From: an uncultured beta proteobacterium
GTDB lineage: Bacteria; Pseudomonadota; Gammaproteobacteria; Burkholderiales; SG8-39
Assembly (NCBI GenBank): GCA_963820965.1
Contig: CAWGCC010000011.1
Location: 655 to 64,654 of the forward strand
Direction: 5' to 3'
DNA length: 64,000 nt
Shown here piece by piece: positions 54,025-64,000 of the stretch. The notes below the pieces were generated by a model. It was given only the letters and a program-made list of their open reading frames with translations. It was not told the origin of the DNA and did not search any database. Positions within the stretch are counted from its first letter, which is position 1; each line of letters opens with the position of its first letter. The position numbers were made by a program, and so were the translations under genes.

Positions 54025-54240
54025 GCTCGCGGCCGGTCTCCGGGCTTGCAAGCCGGGACGCGCTTGGCGCGTCCCGCCCACGTTGCCTTCCCAGGACTGG
54101 TTACCCATATCCCAGTGGCGATACGACGTGGGCTCGCTTGCCTACCGTTGCGGGGGCAGCACAGGCTTTCGGGCGAGACCCGTTACCTGTTTCCCGTTTC
54201 ACCCGGCGGGCGGAAACCCCGCCGGGCACCACGAACGAGC
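54025..54240 (-). ncRNA. Cobalamin (B12) riboswitch
   Basis: Minus strand reads GGTGCCC..GAAACGGGAA..TGCCCCCGCAACGGTA..GCCACTGGG..GGGAAGGC..AAGCCCGGAGACCGGCC; lies 5' of btuB. Confidence 0.93.
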
Positions 54241-54442
54241 GGAATCGATTCTATCGCGCCGCGTCGCGCTCATGCGCGCGAGGCGCTACGATGTCGCTTG
54301 GCCCCTCGTTCCAGCGTGGCGGATATGCAAGCGGAGTCCCCTTGTTCGCGTGATCTCGCCGTCGAGGTTTGTCGCTAACCCTCGGCCGGGTCAAGGCTGT
54401 GTCGGCCTTCACGAAAACACATTGAGAACGATCCCTTACTCC

Positions 54443-54472
54443 TTGACCGGACTGGATTTTCCAAACTATAGT
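54443..54472 (+). promoter_or_regulatory. Sigma70-like promoter for the zapB-like/zapA operon
   Basis: TTGACC (54443-54448), 18 bp, TATAGT (54467-54472); ATG at 54479. Confidence 0.65.
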
Positions 54473-54478
54473 GCGTCG

Positions 54479-54670
54479 ATGGACGCAGAGCTCCAGGCGC
54501 TGGAGGATCGAATCCGGCAGGCGGTGGAACTGTGCCAGCGCCTGCGGATCGAGAACACCGACCTGCGCCAGCGCGTGGCGCAGCTCCAGAGCGAGAATCG
54601 GCAGCTTGCGGACAAGATCACCGGCGCGCGGGAACGACTCGAAGGTCTGCTCGAACAGATCCCCGAATGA
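54479..54670 (+). CDS. Small coiled-coil cell-division protein (ZapB-like)
   Basis: MDAELQALEDRIRQAVELCQRLRIEN..RLEGLLEQIPE; overlaps zapA start. Confidence 0.8.
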   Translation: MDAELQALEDRIRQAVELCQRLRIENTDLRQRVAQLQSENRQLADKITGARERLEGLLEQIPE

Positions 54671-55002
54671 TCGACAAAGCCAAGGCCCTCGACGTTTCCA
54701 TCATGGGCCGCAGCTACAAGGTGACCTGCCCCGATGAGGAGCGCGAAGCGCTGCTTCAGGCAGTCGCGCATCTCGACCAGAAGATGGCCGAGATCAAGTC
54801 GGGCGGCCGTGTGGCGAGCGTCGAGCGCATCGCCGTGATGGCCGCGCTCAACATCGCGCACGAGCTGCTCGAGGCGCGCACGCAGCGCGCCGCGCCGCGG
54901 CCGGGCGCCGACAGTTTTGACATCGCGGAGGTCAAGCGTAGAATGGCCGCGATGCAGGCGACGCTCGATCAGGCGCTCGCGCCACAAGAGAAGCTGCTCT
55001 AG
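54667..55002 (+). CDS. zapA: Cell division protein ZapA
   Basis: VSIMGRSYKVTCP, LDQKM, ERIAVMAALNIAHELL. Confidence 0.92.
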   Translation: MIDKAKALDVSIMGRSYKVTCPDEEREALLQAVAHLDQKMAEIKSGGRVASVERIAVMAALNIAHELLEARTQRAAPRPGADSFDIAEVKRRMAAMQATLDQALAPQEKLL

Positions 55003-55083
55003 TCGGTCACTTCCTTCGGGGCGCGCGCGTTTGCCGCGAGCCCTCGCCTCCGGGCGCACCCGGCCCGGTACGCAAAGCTCAAT

Positions 55084-55264
55084 GTCCCCTGCGGTGCGCG
55101 TGCGGGCCATGCAATCGCTTGAACCTATGCACGCCCTTGGTTGCGGACTCAAGCGTCGCCGTTGTGCGCGTCCCATCGTCGGACGTACCTGAAGGCGACC
55201 GGAACGCGACCGCCTTGAACCGCTTCGGTTCAAGTTATGCGGCCCGGCCGCACCTGCGGGGGAC
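55084..55264 (+). ncRNA. ssrS: 6S RNA
   Basis: Directly after zapA; 5' GTCCCCTGCGGTGCG pairs with 3' CGCACCTGCGGGGGAC; CTTGAACC..GGTTCAAG motifs; about 180 nt. Confidence 0.88.
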
Positions 55265-55336
55265 TCCTTTCTCGCGTCTGCGCAAACATCGGGCATGGCG
55301 CGGCCTTTCACGCTCATCCCTGCGACCTTCGTGCCG

Positions 55337-55807
55337 ATGCAGTACTGGCTGATGAAATCGGAGCCTGACGAGTTCTCGATAGACGACCTTGCCGCGGCGC
55401 CGGGACGCACGACGCCATGGTTCGGCGTGCGCAACCACCAGGCGCGCAACTTCATGCGCGACGCCATGTCGGTCGGCGACCGCGCGTTCTTCTACCACTC
55501 GAGCTGCCCCGAGCCCGGCATCGCAGGCATCACCGAGGTCGCGCGCGCCGCGTATCCGGACGCGTCGCAGTTCGACCGCAGGAGCCCGTACTACGATCCG
55601 AAGTCGACGCGCATCGCCCCGCGCTGGCTGAACGTGGACATGCGGCTCGTCAAGAAGACGCCGTTCGTGCACCTCGCGGAGCTCCGCGCGCATCGCGAGC
55701 TCGCGGAGATGCGCGCGCTCCAGCGCGGGAACCGGCTGTCGATCACCCCGGTGACGCCCGGCGAGTGGCGGTTCATCACGGCGAGGCTGATGAAGGGACG
55801 GCCCTAG
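55337..55807 (+). CDS. EVE domain protein
   Basis: [39 protein letters not shown]. Confidence 0.93.
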   Translation: MQYWLMKSEPDEFSIDDLAAAPGRTTPWFGVRNHQARNFMRDAMSVGDRAFFYHSSCPEPGIAGITEVARAAYPDASQFDRRSPYYDPKSTRIAPRWLNVDMRLVKKTPFVHLAELRAHRELAEMRALQRGNRLSITPVTPGEWRFITARLMKGRP

Positions 55808-55815
55808 GCCCGCGG

Positions 55816-56874
55816 ATGCCGACGCTCGAGAACGACACGCTGATCCGCGCGCTCCTGCGCCAGCCGACGCAGTACACGCCGGTCTGGCTGATGCGGCAGG
55901 CGGGACGCTATCTCCCGGAGTACAACGCCACCCGTGCGCGCGCCGGCGACTTCCTCGCGCTCTGCAAGACGCCGGCACTCGCGACGGAGGTCACGCTGCA
56001 GCCGCTCGCGCGCTACCCGCTCGATGCCGCGATCCTCTTCTCCGACATCCTCACCATCCCCGACGCGATGGGCCTCGGCCTCCACTTCGCCGAGGGCGAA
56101 GGCCCGCGCTTCGCGCGTCCGGTGCGCGACGAGCGCGCGATCGCGAGGCTCGCGGCCCCCGACCCGCACGGCGAGCTCCGCTACGTCGTCGACGCGGTCG
56201 CGGAGATCCGCCGCGCGCTCGACGCCCGCGTGCCGCTGATCGGCTTCGCGGGCAGTCCGTTCACGCTCGCCTGCTACATGATCGAAGGCGGATCGTCGGC
56301 AGACTTCCGCACCGTCAAGACGATGCTCTACCAGCGGCCGGATCTCCTGCATCGCCTGCTGGATGTCAACGCGCGGGCCGTGGCCGCGCACCTCAACGCG
56401 CAGATCGAGGCCGGCGCGCAGGTCGTGATGGTGTTCGACACCTGGGGCGGCACGCTCGCGCACGCCGCGTACCTCGAGTTCTCGCTTGCCTACATCACCC
56501 GCGTCGTCGCAGCGCTCGTGCGCGAGCGCGACGGCGAGCGGGTCCCGAGCATCGTGTTCACGAAGGGCGGCGGCCCCTGGCTGGAGGCGATCGCGGGCTG
56601 CGGCTGCGACGCGGTCGGCGTCGACTGGACGGTCGGCCTCGCGGAGGCGCGCCGGCGCGTCGGCGCACGGGTCGCGCTTCAGGGCAATCTCGATCCGCTC
56701 GTGCTGCTTACCGATCCGGACACGGTCCGGCGCGAGGTCGAGCGCACCCTCGCCGACTATGGCCGGGCGCCGGGACACGTATTCAACCTCGGCCACGGTA
56801 TCGTGCCGACGACCCCGCCGGACCACGTGGCCGTCCTCGTCGAGACGGTTCACCAGGCGAGCCGTGTGAAATAG
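55816..56874 (+). CDS. hemE: Uroporphyrinogen decarboxylase
   Basis: [48 protein letters not shown]. Confidence 0.97.
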   Translation: MPTLENDTLIRALLRQPTQYTPVWLMRQAGRYLPEYNATRARAGDFLALCKTPALATEVTLQPLARYPLDAAILFSDILTIPDAMGLGLHFAEGEGPRFARPVRDERAIARLAAPDPHGELRYVVDAVAEIRRALDARVPLIGFAGSPFTLACYMIEGGSSADFRTVKTMLYQRPDLLHRLLDVNARAVAAHLNAQIEAGAQVVMVFDTWGGTLAHAAYLEFSLAYITRVVAALVRERDGERVPSIVFTKGGGPWLEAIAGCGCDAVGVDWTVGLAEARRRVGARVALQGNLDPLVLLTDPDTVRREVERTLADYGRAPGHVFNLGHGIVPTTPPDHVAVLVETVHQASRVK

Positions 56875-57135
56875 TTCACGGCGACGCGACCCCGGTCTTG
56901 ACTTATTCACACACCCGTAGTCACCGGACCTGGCCCGGCGCACTGCGGACTTCGCCCTGTGGATAGCGTACAAGCCTTTGATCTGCTATGTGAATTACGC
57001 TCGCCACGGACGCGAGCCACGGGCATTTTCGACAGCGACTAAACCGGTTACAGGAAAGTTAAAACCTTACTCACAAATTTATCCACAGAAAGCGCTACCC
57101 GACCCGATTTGTCAATCTCATCAATGAGTTTAGGG
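56865..57135. promoter_or_regulatory. DnaA-box cluster (candidate replication origin)
   Basis: TTATTCACA 56903-56911, TGTGGATAG 56958-56966, TGTGAATTA 56989-56997, TTACTCACA 57067-57075, TTATCCACA 57079-57087 in an AT-enriched intergenic region. Confidence 0.65.
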
Positions 57136-57176
57136 CGCTTTTCCTCGACTCCACCTTAGTCTTCGTGCGAGTCCGC

Positions 57177-59319
<2,143 letters not shown>

Positions 59320-59886
59320 ATGAAGCTGCAGAGGAACATCGTGTGGTTGCTGTTCTCTCTGACACTGCCGTGGGGCGCAACTTCGGCACAGGAGAAGGCG
59401 CCCGACGCCCCGTTCGTCCCGACGCCGATCCCGGTCATCGAGCGCATGCTCGAGCTCGCGAAGGTCTCGAGCGACGACGTGGTCTACGACCTCGGCTCGG
59501 GCGACGGCCGCGTCGTGATCACCGCCGCGCAGCGTTACGGCGCACGCGGGGTGGGTGTCGAGCTGAACCCGGTCTGGGTTCGCGATGCGCGCCGCTACGC
59601 CGACATCCTGGGTGTGACCGACAAGGTGACCTTCCGCGTCGCCGATCTGTTCACCACCGATCTGCGCGAAGCGACGGTCGTTACCCTGTATCTCCTGCCC
59701 GCGATGAACCGCAGGCTCGCACCGAAATTTCTCGCCGAGCTCAAACCCGGTGCGCGCATCGTCTCGCACGAGTACGGCATCGCCGACTGGCCGCCGGACC
59801 GCAGCGAGGAGATGATCGTCAACGGGGAGCGGCACGTCATCCATGTCTTCACGGTACCCCCGCCCGGCGAGGCGCCGCCGCGGTAG
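59320..59886 (+). CDS. Class I SAM methyltransferase with predicted signal peptide
   Basis: PFVPTP..V..MLELA, YDLGSGDGR, VVTLYL, LKPGARIVSH. Confidence 0.88.
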   Translation: MKLQRNIVWLLFSLTLPWGATSAQEKAPDAPFVPTPIPVIERMLELAKVSSDDVVYDLGSGDGRVVITAAQRYGARGVGVELNPVWVRDARRYADILGVTDKVTFRVADLFTTDLREATVVTLYLLPAMNRRLAPKFLAELKPGARIVSHEYGIADWPPDRSEEMIVNGERHVIHVFTVPPPGEAPPR

Positions 59887-59998
59887 CCGGTAAAATCGCC
59901 GGCCGCTGGAACCGCGCGGCCGGATGCATTGTCCGAGCGGGCTGAGCCCGCCTCCCGCCGCCCCGTCCGCGGCAGGCCCCCACAGGGAGAGAACAGCC

Positions 59999-61255
59999 AT
60001 GACACTCACGATCCTTGCCCGGGGTCTTGCCGGACTCGCGCTCGTTCTCGGCAACGTCGGTGTCGTCCGCCCCGCGGAACCGCTCACGCTCGAGCGCGCG
60101 CTCGCCCTCGCCGACGAGTCGAACCCGCGGCTGCGCGCGGCGGCGGCGCAGACCGAGGGTGCGCGCGCCGGCATCCGCACCGCGCGCGCGTTTCCCAATC
60201 CCGACCTGGACGCGGCTGCCGGGCGGCAACGCAGCCGCTCGAATTTCATGGCGCCCGAGGGCGGGGTGACGGTGCTCGGCCTCAGGCAACCGATCGACCT
60301 GCCGACGGTGCGCGACCCGCGCATCCGCGCCGCGGAAGCCGGTCTCGAGGGCAGCCAGCTCGCGCTCGCCGAGGTGCGGCTCGCGGTGCGCGCGACAGTG
60401 AAGCAGGCGTACTACGACGTGCTGCGGCGAAAGGCCGAGTTCGAGGTCGCGACCGAGAACCAGAAGCTGCTCGAGGACATCCGCCGCCGGATCCAGGTGC
60501 GCGTCGACGTCGGCGAGGCGCCGCGGCTCGAGCTCACGCGCGCGGAGGCCGAGGCCTCGGTCGCGGCGAACAACGCCGCGTCGGCGCGGCTGCGCGTGGC
60601 GCAGGCGATCGCGGCGCTGCGTGCCGCGATCGGCGCGCCGCTCCCGCCGGACGTCGACGTCGTCGGCGATCTCGCCGCGGTGCCCACGCTCCCCGACGTC
60701 GCGCGCCTCCGCGACGAGGTGCTGGCCAACTATCCGGCGCTCGCGCAGGCGCGCGCGGAAGCGAAGCGCGCCGAGGCGCGGCTCGAGACCGAGCGGGCGC
60801 TCCGCATCCCGCAACCCACCGTGCGCGCCGGCTTCGAGCAGCAGCCGGACACGAACAAGTGGGTGCTCGGCATCGACATCCCGATCCCGGTCTGGGACCA
60901 GCGCCAGGGCCAGATCGGCGAGGCCGTCGCGGCGTTCCAGGAAGCGAACGCCAACGTCGAGCGGCGGCGCGTGGAGCTCGTCGCCGCGCTCGACGACGCC
61001 TATGGGCGCTTCCAGGTCGCGACGCAGAGCGTCGCGGCGTACGAGAGCGCCATTCTCAGGCAGGCCGAAGCGGCGCTCCGCGTCGCCGAGGCCGCGTACC
61101 GCTTCGGCGAGCGCGGGTTCATCGAGGTGCTCGACGCGCAGCGGGTGCTGCGCGCGGCACGCTTCGAGTACCTCGCCGCGCGCTTTGATCAGCAGGCGGC
61201 GCTGATCGAGATCGAGCAGCTGCGCGCGTTCGAGGCGCTGGAGCGCAGGCAGTGA
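59999..61255 (+). CDS. TolC/CzcC-type outer membrane efflux protein
   Basis: Signal peptide; LTLERAL..NP.L, PNP, IPVWDQRQG, Y..GE..EVLDAQR. Confidence 0.9.
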   Translation: MTLTILARGLAGLALVLGNVGVVRPAEPLTLERALALADESNPRLRAAAAQTEGARAGIRTARAFPNPDLDAAAGRQRSRSNFMAPEGGVTVLGLRQPIDLPTVRDPRIRAAEAGLEGSQLALAEVRLAVRATVKQAYYDVLRRKAEFEVATENQKLLEDIRRRIQVRVDVGEAPRLELTRAEAEASVAANNAASARLRVAQAIAALRAAIGAPLPPDVDVVGDLAAVPTLPDVARLRDEVLANYPALAQARAEAKRAEARLETERALRIPQPTVRAGFEQQPDTNKWVLGIDIPIPVWDQRQGQIGEAVAAFQEANANVERRRVELVAALDDAYGRFQVATQSVAAYESAILRQAEAALRVAEAAYRFGERGFIEVLDAQRVLRAARFEYLAARFDQQAALIEIEQLRAFEALERRQ

Positions 61256-62397
61256 CCCGCGCGCTCGCCTGCGCGCTGGCCGCGGCGGCGGCCGTCGCCG
61301 GCTGCGGCGACAAGCCGCCGCCGCCGTCGGGCGCCGCGCAGAAGGACCCATTCGCGATCAGCGCCGGCCCGGAGCTGCTCGCGCGGATCAAGATCGGCGC
61401 AGCGCGCGAGACCGAGGTGCGCGAGACGCTGCGCGTGCCGGGCCGGGTCGAGGTCGACGAGACGCGGGTCGCGCGCGTGGGCTCGCCGGTCACCGGCCGC
61501 GTGAGCGGGCTCGAGGTGCGCGAAGGCGACGACGTCAAGCGGAGCCAGATCCTGGCGACGCTGACGAGCACCGAGCTCTCGAACACCCAGCTCGAGTACC
61601 TCAAGGCCTATTCGCAGAAGCTCGTGGCCGACCGCGCGGCCGCGCGCGCGAAGCAGCTGCTCGACGCCGACGTGATCGGCGCGGCGGAGCTCCAGCGGCG
61701 GCAGGCCGAAGCGGTGCAGGCCGCTGCCGACCTGAACGCCGCCGCGGACCGCCTGAAGGTGCTCGGCATGTCGGAGCGCGCGATCGCGCGGCTCACGGCG
61801 ACGCGCCGCGTGGACTCGACCTCGCACATCGTCTCGAGCATCGCCGGCACGGTGATCGACCGCAAGGTGAGCCCGGGCCAGGTGGTGCAGCCCGCCGACA
61901 CGGTGTACGTCGTTGCGGATCTCTCCGAGGTGTGGATCGTCGCCGACGTGCCGGAGGCGCTCGCGGGCTCGGTCCGCGCCGGGCAGGCGGTGGAGGTCGA
62001 GATCCCGGCGATCCCAGACCGTCGCATCCGCGGCTCGCTCTCGTTCGTGAGCGTGGTCCTGAACCCGGAGACACGCACCGTGCGGGTGCGGATGGACGTC
62101 CCGAACCAGGAGCGCGAGTACAAGCCGGCGATGCTCGCGACGGTGCTGATCCAGGGTCCGCCGCAGCGGAAGCGGGTGGTCCCGTCCGCCGCGATCGTGC
62201 GCGACGAGAACCGCGACTACGTCTTCGTCCAGACCACGCCCGATACCTTCGTGCTGCGGCAGGTCACGCTCGCGGAAGAGTACGACGGCGTCCGCGTGCT
62301 CGCGGCGGGGCTGCGTCCGGAGGACAGGATCGTCATCGACGGCGCGTTCCACCTGAACAACGAGCGCCGCCAGCGCGCGCTGCAGAGCGGGGGCTAG
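61252..62397 (+). CDS. RND periplasmic adaptor (CzcB-like lipoprotein)
   Basis: Lipobox VAGC; PGRVEVDE..VGSPVTGRV, VADLSEVW, NPETRTVRVR, IDGAF.L. Confidence 0.9.
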   Translation: MTRALACALAAAAAVAGCGDKPPPPSGAAQKDPFAISAGPELLARIKIGAARETEVRETLRVPGRVEVDETRVARVGSPVTGRVSGLEVREGDDVKRSQILATLTSTELSNTQLEYLKAYSQKLVADRAAARAKQLLDADVIGAAELQRRQAEAVQAAADLNAAADRLKVLGMSERAIARLTATRRVDSTSHIVSSIAGTVIDRKVSPGQVVQPADTVYVVADLSEVWIVADVPEALAGSVRAGQAVEVEIPAIPDRRIRGSLSFVSVVLNPETRTVRVRMDVPNQEREYKPAMLATVLIQGPPQRKRVVPSAAIVRDENRDYVFVQTTPDTFVLRQVTLAEEYDGVRVLAAGLRPEDRIVIDGAFHLNNERRQRALQSGG

Positions 62398-62403
62398 GGA
62401 ACG

Positions 62404-64000
62404 GTGCTCGACGGGCTCGTCCGCGCCGCGCTCAAGCAGCGGCTCATCGTCGTCGTAATCGCGCTCGCCTTGCTGGCGTTCGGGCTGCAGGCGGCGCGCC
62501 GGCTCTCGGTCGACGCGTTCCCCGACGTGACCAACGTCCAGGTGCAGATCGCGACCGAAGCACCCGGCCGCTCGCCCGAGGAGGTCGAGCGCTTCGTGAC
62601 GGTACCGCTCGAGATCTCGATGACCGGTCTGCCGGGGCTCACGGAGCTGCGTTCGCTGAACAAGCCGGGCCTGTCGCTGATCACGCTCGTCTTCACCGAC
62701 GCGACCAACGTCTACTTCGCGCGCCAGCTGGTGATGGAGCGGCTGCTCGAGGTCGGCGCGAATCTCCCGTCGGGTGTGACGCCGGTGCTCGGGCCCGTGT
62801 CGACGGCGCTCGGCGAGGTCTACCAGTACACGCTCGAGCGGACCGACGACGGCAAGCGCGCGCTCACGAAGGACGAGCTGCTCGAGCGCCGCACCGTGCA
62901 GGACTGGATGGTGCGGCCGCTCCTGCGCTCGATTCCCGGCGTCGCCGAGATCAACTCCACCGGCGGCTACGTCAAGCAGTACCAGGTGCTCGTCGACCCG
63001 AACCGCCTGCGCTACTACACGGTCTCGATCGGCGACGTTTACCAGGCGCTCGCGCGCAACAACGCGAACTCGGGCGGCGGCGTCCTGCCGCAGGGGGCCG
63101 AGGCCTTTCTCGTGCGCGGCATCGGCCTGATTCGCGACCTCGACGACATCCGTTCGATCGTGCTGAAGGAGGTCGGCGCGATCCCGGTCTACATCCGCGA
63201 CGTCGCCGAGGTCACGATCGGCGAGGAGGTGCGGGCCGGTGCGATGATCAAGGACGGCTACACCGAGGCGGCCGGCGGGATCGTCATGATGATCCGCGCC
63301 GGCAACGCGAAGGAGGTCGTGAGCCGGGTCAAGGCGGGGGTGAAGGAGATCAACGACCGCGACATGCTGCCCGGCGGGCTGAAGATCGTGCCCTACTACG
63401 ACCGCTCCGAGCTGGTCGATGAGGCGCTGTGGACGGTCACCAAGGTGCTGATCGAGGGCGTCTTCCTGGTCGTCGTGGTGCTGTTCCTCTTCCTCGGCGA
63501 CGTGCGCTCGAGCCTGATCGTCGTCGCGACGCTGGTGCTCACGCCGCTCCTCACGTTCATCGTGATGAACCGCTACGGCCTGTCGGCGAACCTGATGTCG
63601 CTCGGCGGGCTCGCGATCGCGATCGGCCTGATGGTCGACGGCTCGGTGGTGGTGATCGAGCACGCGTTCTCGAAGCTCGGGCAAAGCCCCGGCGAGTCGC
63701 GCGCGCGGGTGATCCTCGAGGCGGTGCTCGAGGTGGCGACCCCGGTGATCTTCGGCGTCGGCATCATCATCCTCGTATTCCTGCCGCTGATGACCTTGCA
63801 GGGGATGGAAGGCAAGATGTTCGCGCCGCTCGCCTACACGATCGCGATCGCGCTCGCGATCTCGCTCGTGATCTCGCTCACCCTGACCCCGGCGCTCGCC
63901 TCCTACCTGCTCAAGGGCGGCGCCGAGCACGACACCTGGCTGATCCGGAGAATCAAAGCGCCGTACCTGCGGCTGCTTGACTGGGCGCTCGCGAACGAGA
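62404..64000 (+). CDS. CusA/CzcA-family heavy-metal RND permease (3' partial)
   Basis: GTG start; VDAFPDVTNVQVQI, SPEEVERFVTVPLE, YFARQLV.ERL, YYDRSELV, ANLMSLGGLAIAIGLMVDGSVV, EGKMFAPLA; runs off the window. Confidence 0.93.
   Translation, partial: MLDGLVRAALKQRLIVVVIALALLAFGLQAARRLSVDAFPDVTNVQVQIATEAPGRSPEEVERFVTVPLEISMTGLPGLTELRSLNKPGLSLITLVFTDATNVYFARQLVMERLLEVGANLPSGVTPVLGPVSTALGEVYQYTLERTDDGKRALTKDELLERRTVQDWMVRPLLRSIPGVAEINSTGGYVKQYQVLVDPNRLRYYTVSIGDVYQALARNNANSGGGVLPQGAEAFLVRGIGLIRDLDDIRSIVLKEVGAIPVYIRDVAEVTIGEEVRAGAMIKDGYTEAAGGIVMMIRAGNAKEVVSRVKAGVKEINDRDMLPGGLKIVPYYDRSELVDEALWTVTKVLIEGVFLVVVVLFLFLGDVRSSLIVVATLVLTPLLTFIVMNRYGLSANLMSLGGLAIAIGLMVDGSVVVIEHAFSKLGQSPGESRARVILEAVLEVATPVIFGVGIIILVFLPLMTLQGMEGKMFAPLAYTIAIALAISLVISLTLTPALASYLLKGGAEHDTWLIRRIKAPYLRLLDWALANE

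Noticed and set aside
59999-64000. Assigning metal specificity or czc/cus gene symbols to the efflux operon
   Set aside because: Family is clear but substrate cannot be read from the partial sequence

Overview
High-GC, betaproteobacterial-looking (Burkholderiales-like, by inference) chromosomal window dominated by a ~47 kb cell-surface polysaccharide/LPS region. The left end is a stack of nested mobile elements: a three-tyrosine-recombinase RIT element inserted in the istB of an IS21-family element, itself inserted in an IS3-family element. From 3.6 to 13.5 kb lie two divergent, partly decayed, paralogous cassettes (GT2, EamA/ArnEF-like proteins, WbqC, RffA-type aminotransferase, SAM methyltransferases, GtrA fragment, polytopic membrane transferase) that together resemble an Arn-like lipid-linked aminosugar modification system. 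Next come an IS5-family element, two divergent Wzm/Wzt ABC exporters (one with a Wzt C-terminal domain and a methyltransferase-GT2 fusion), manC, an epimerase, WbpL/WbpM-like genes, waaL and an LPS core operon with msbA and two tandem AsnB-like amidotransferases. Toxin-antitoxin and Uma2 genes are interleaved among these. The right part is housekeeping: btuF, cobQ, btuB with a cobalamin riboswitch, zapB-like/zapA/6S RNA, EVE, hemE, a DnaA-box cluster (candidate oriC), priA and a CzcCBA-type efflux operon running off the end. Single-base frameshifts occur even in msbA and priA, so many breaks are probably sequencing or assembly errors. All calls are from motif recognition by eye; no searches were run.
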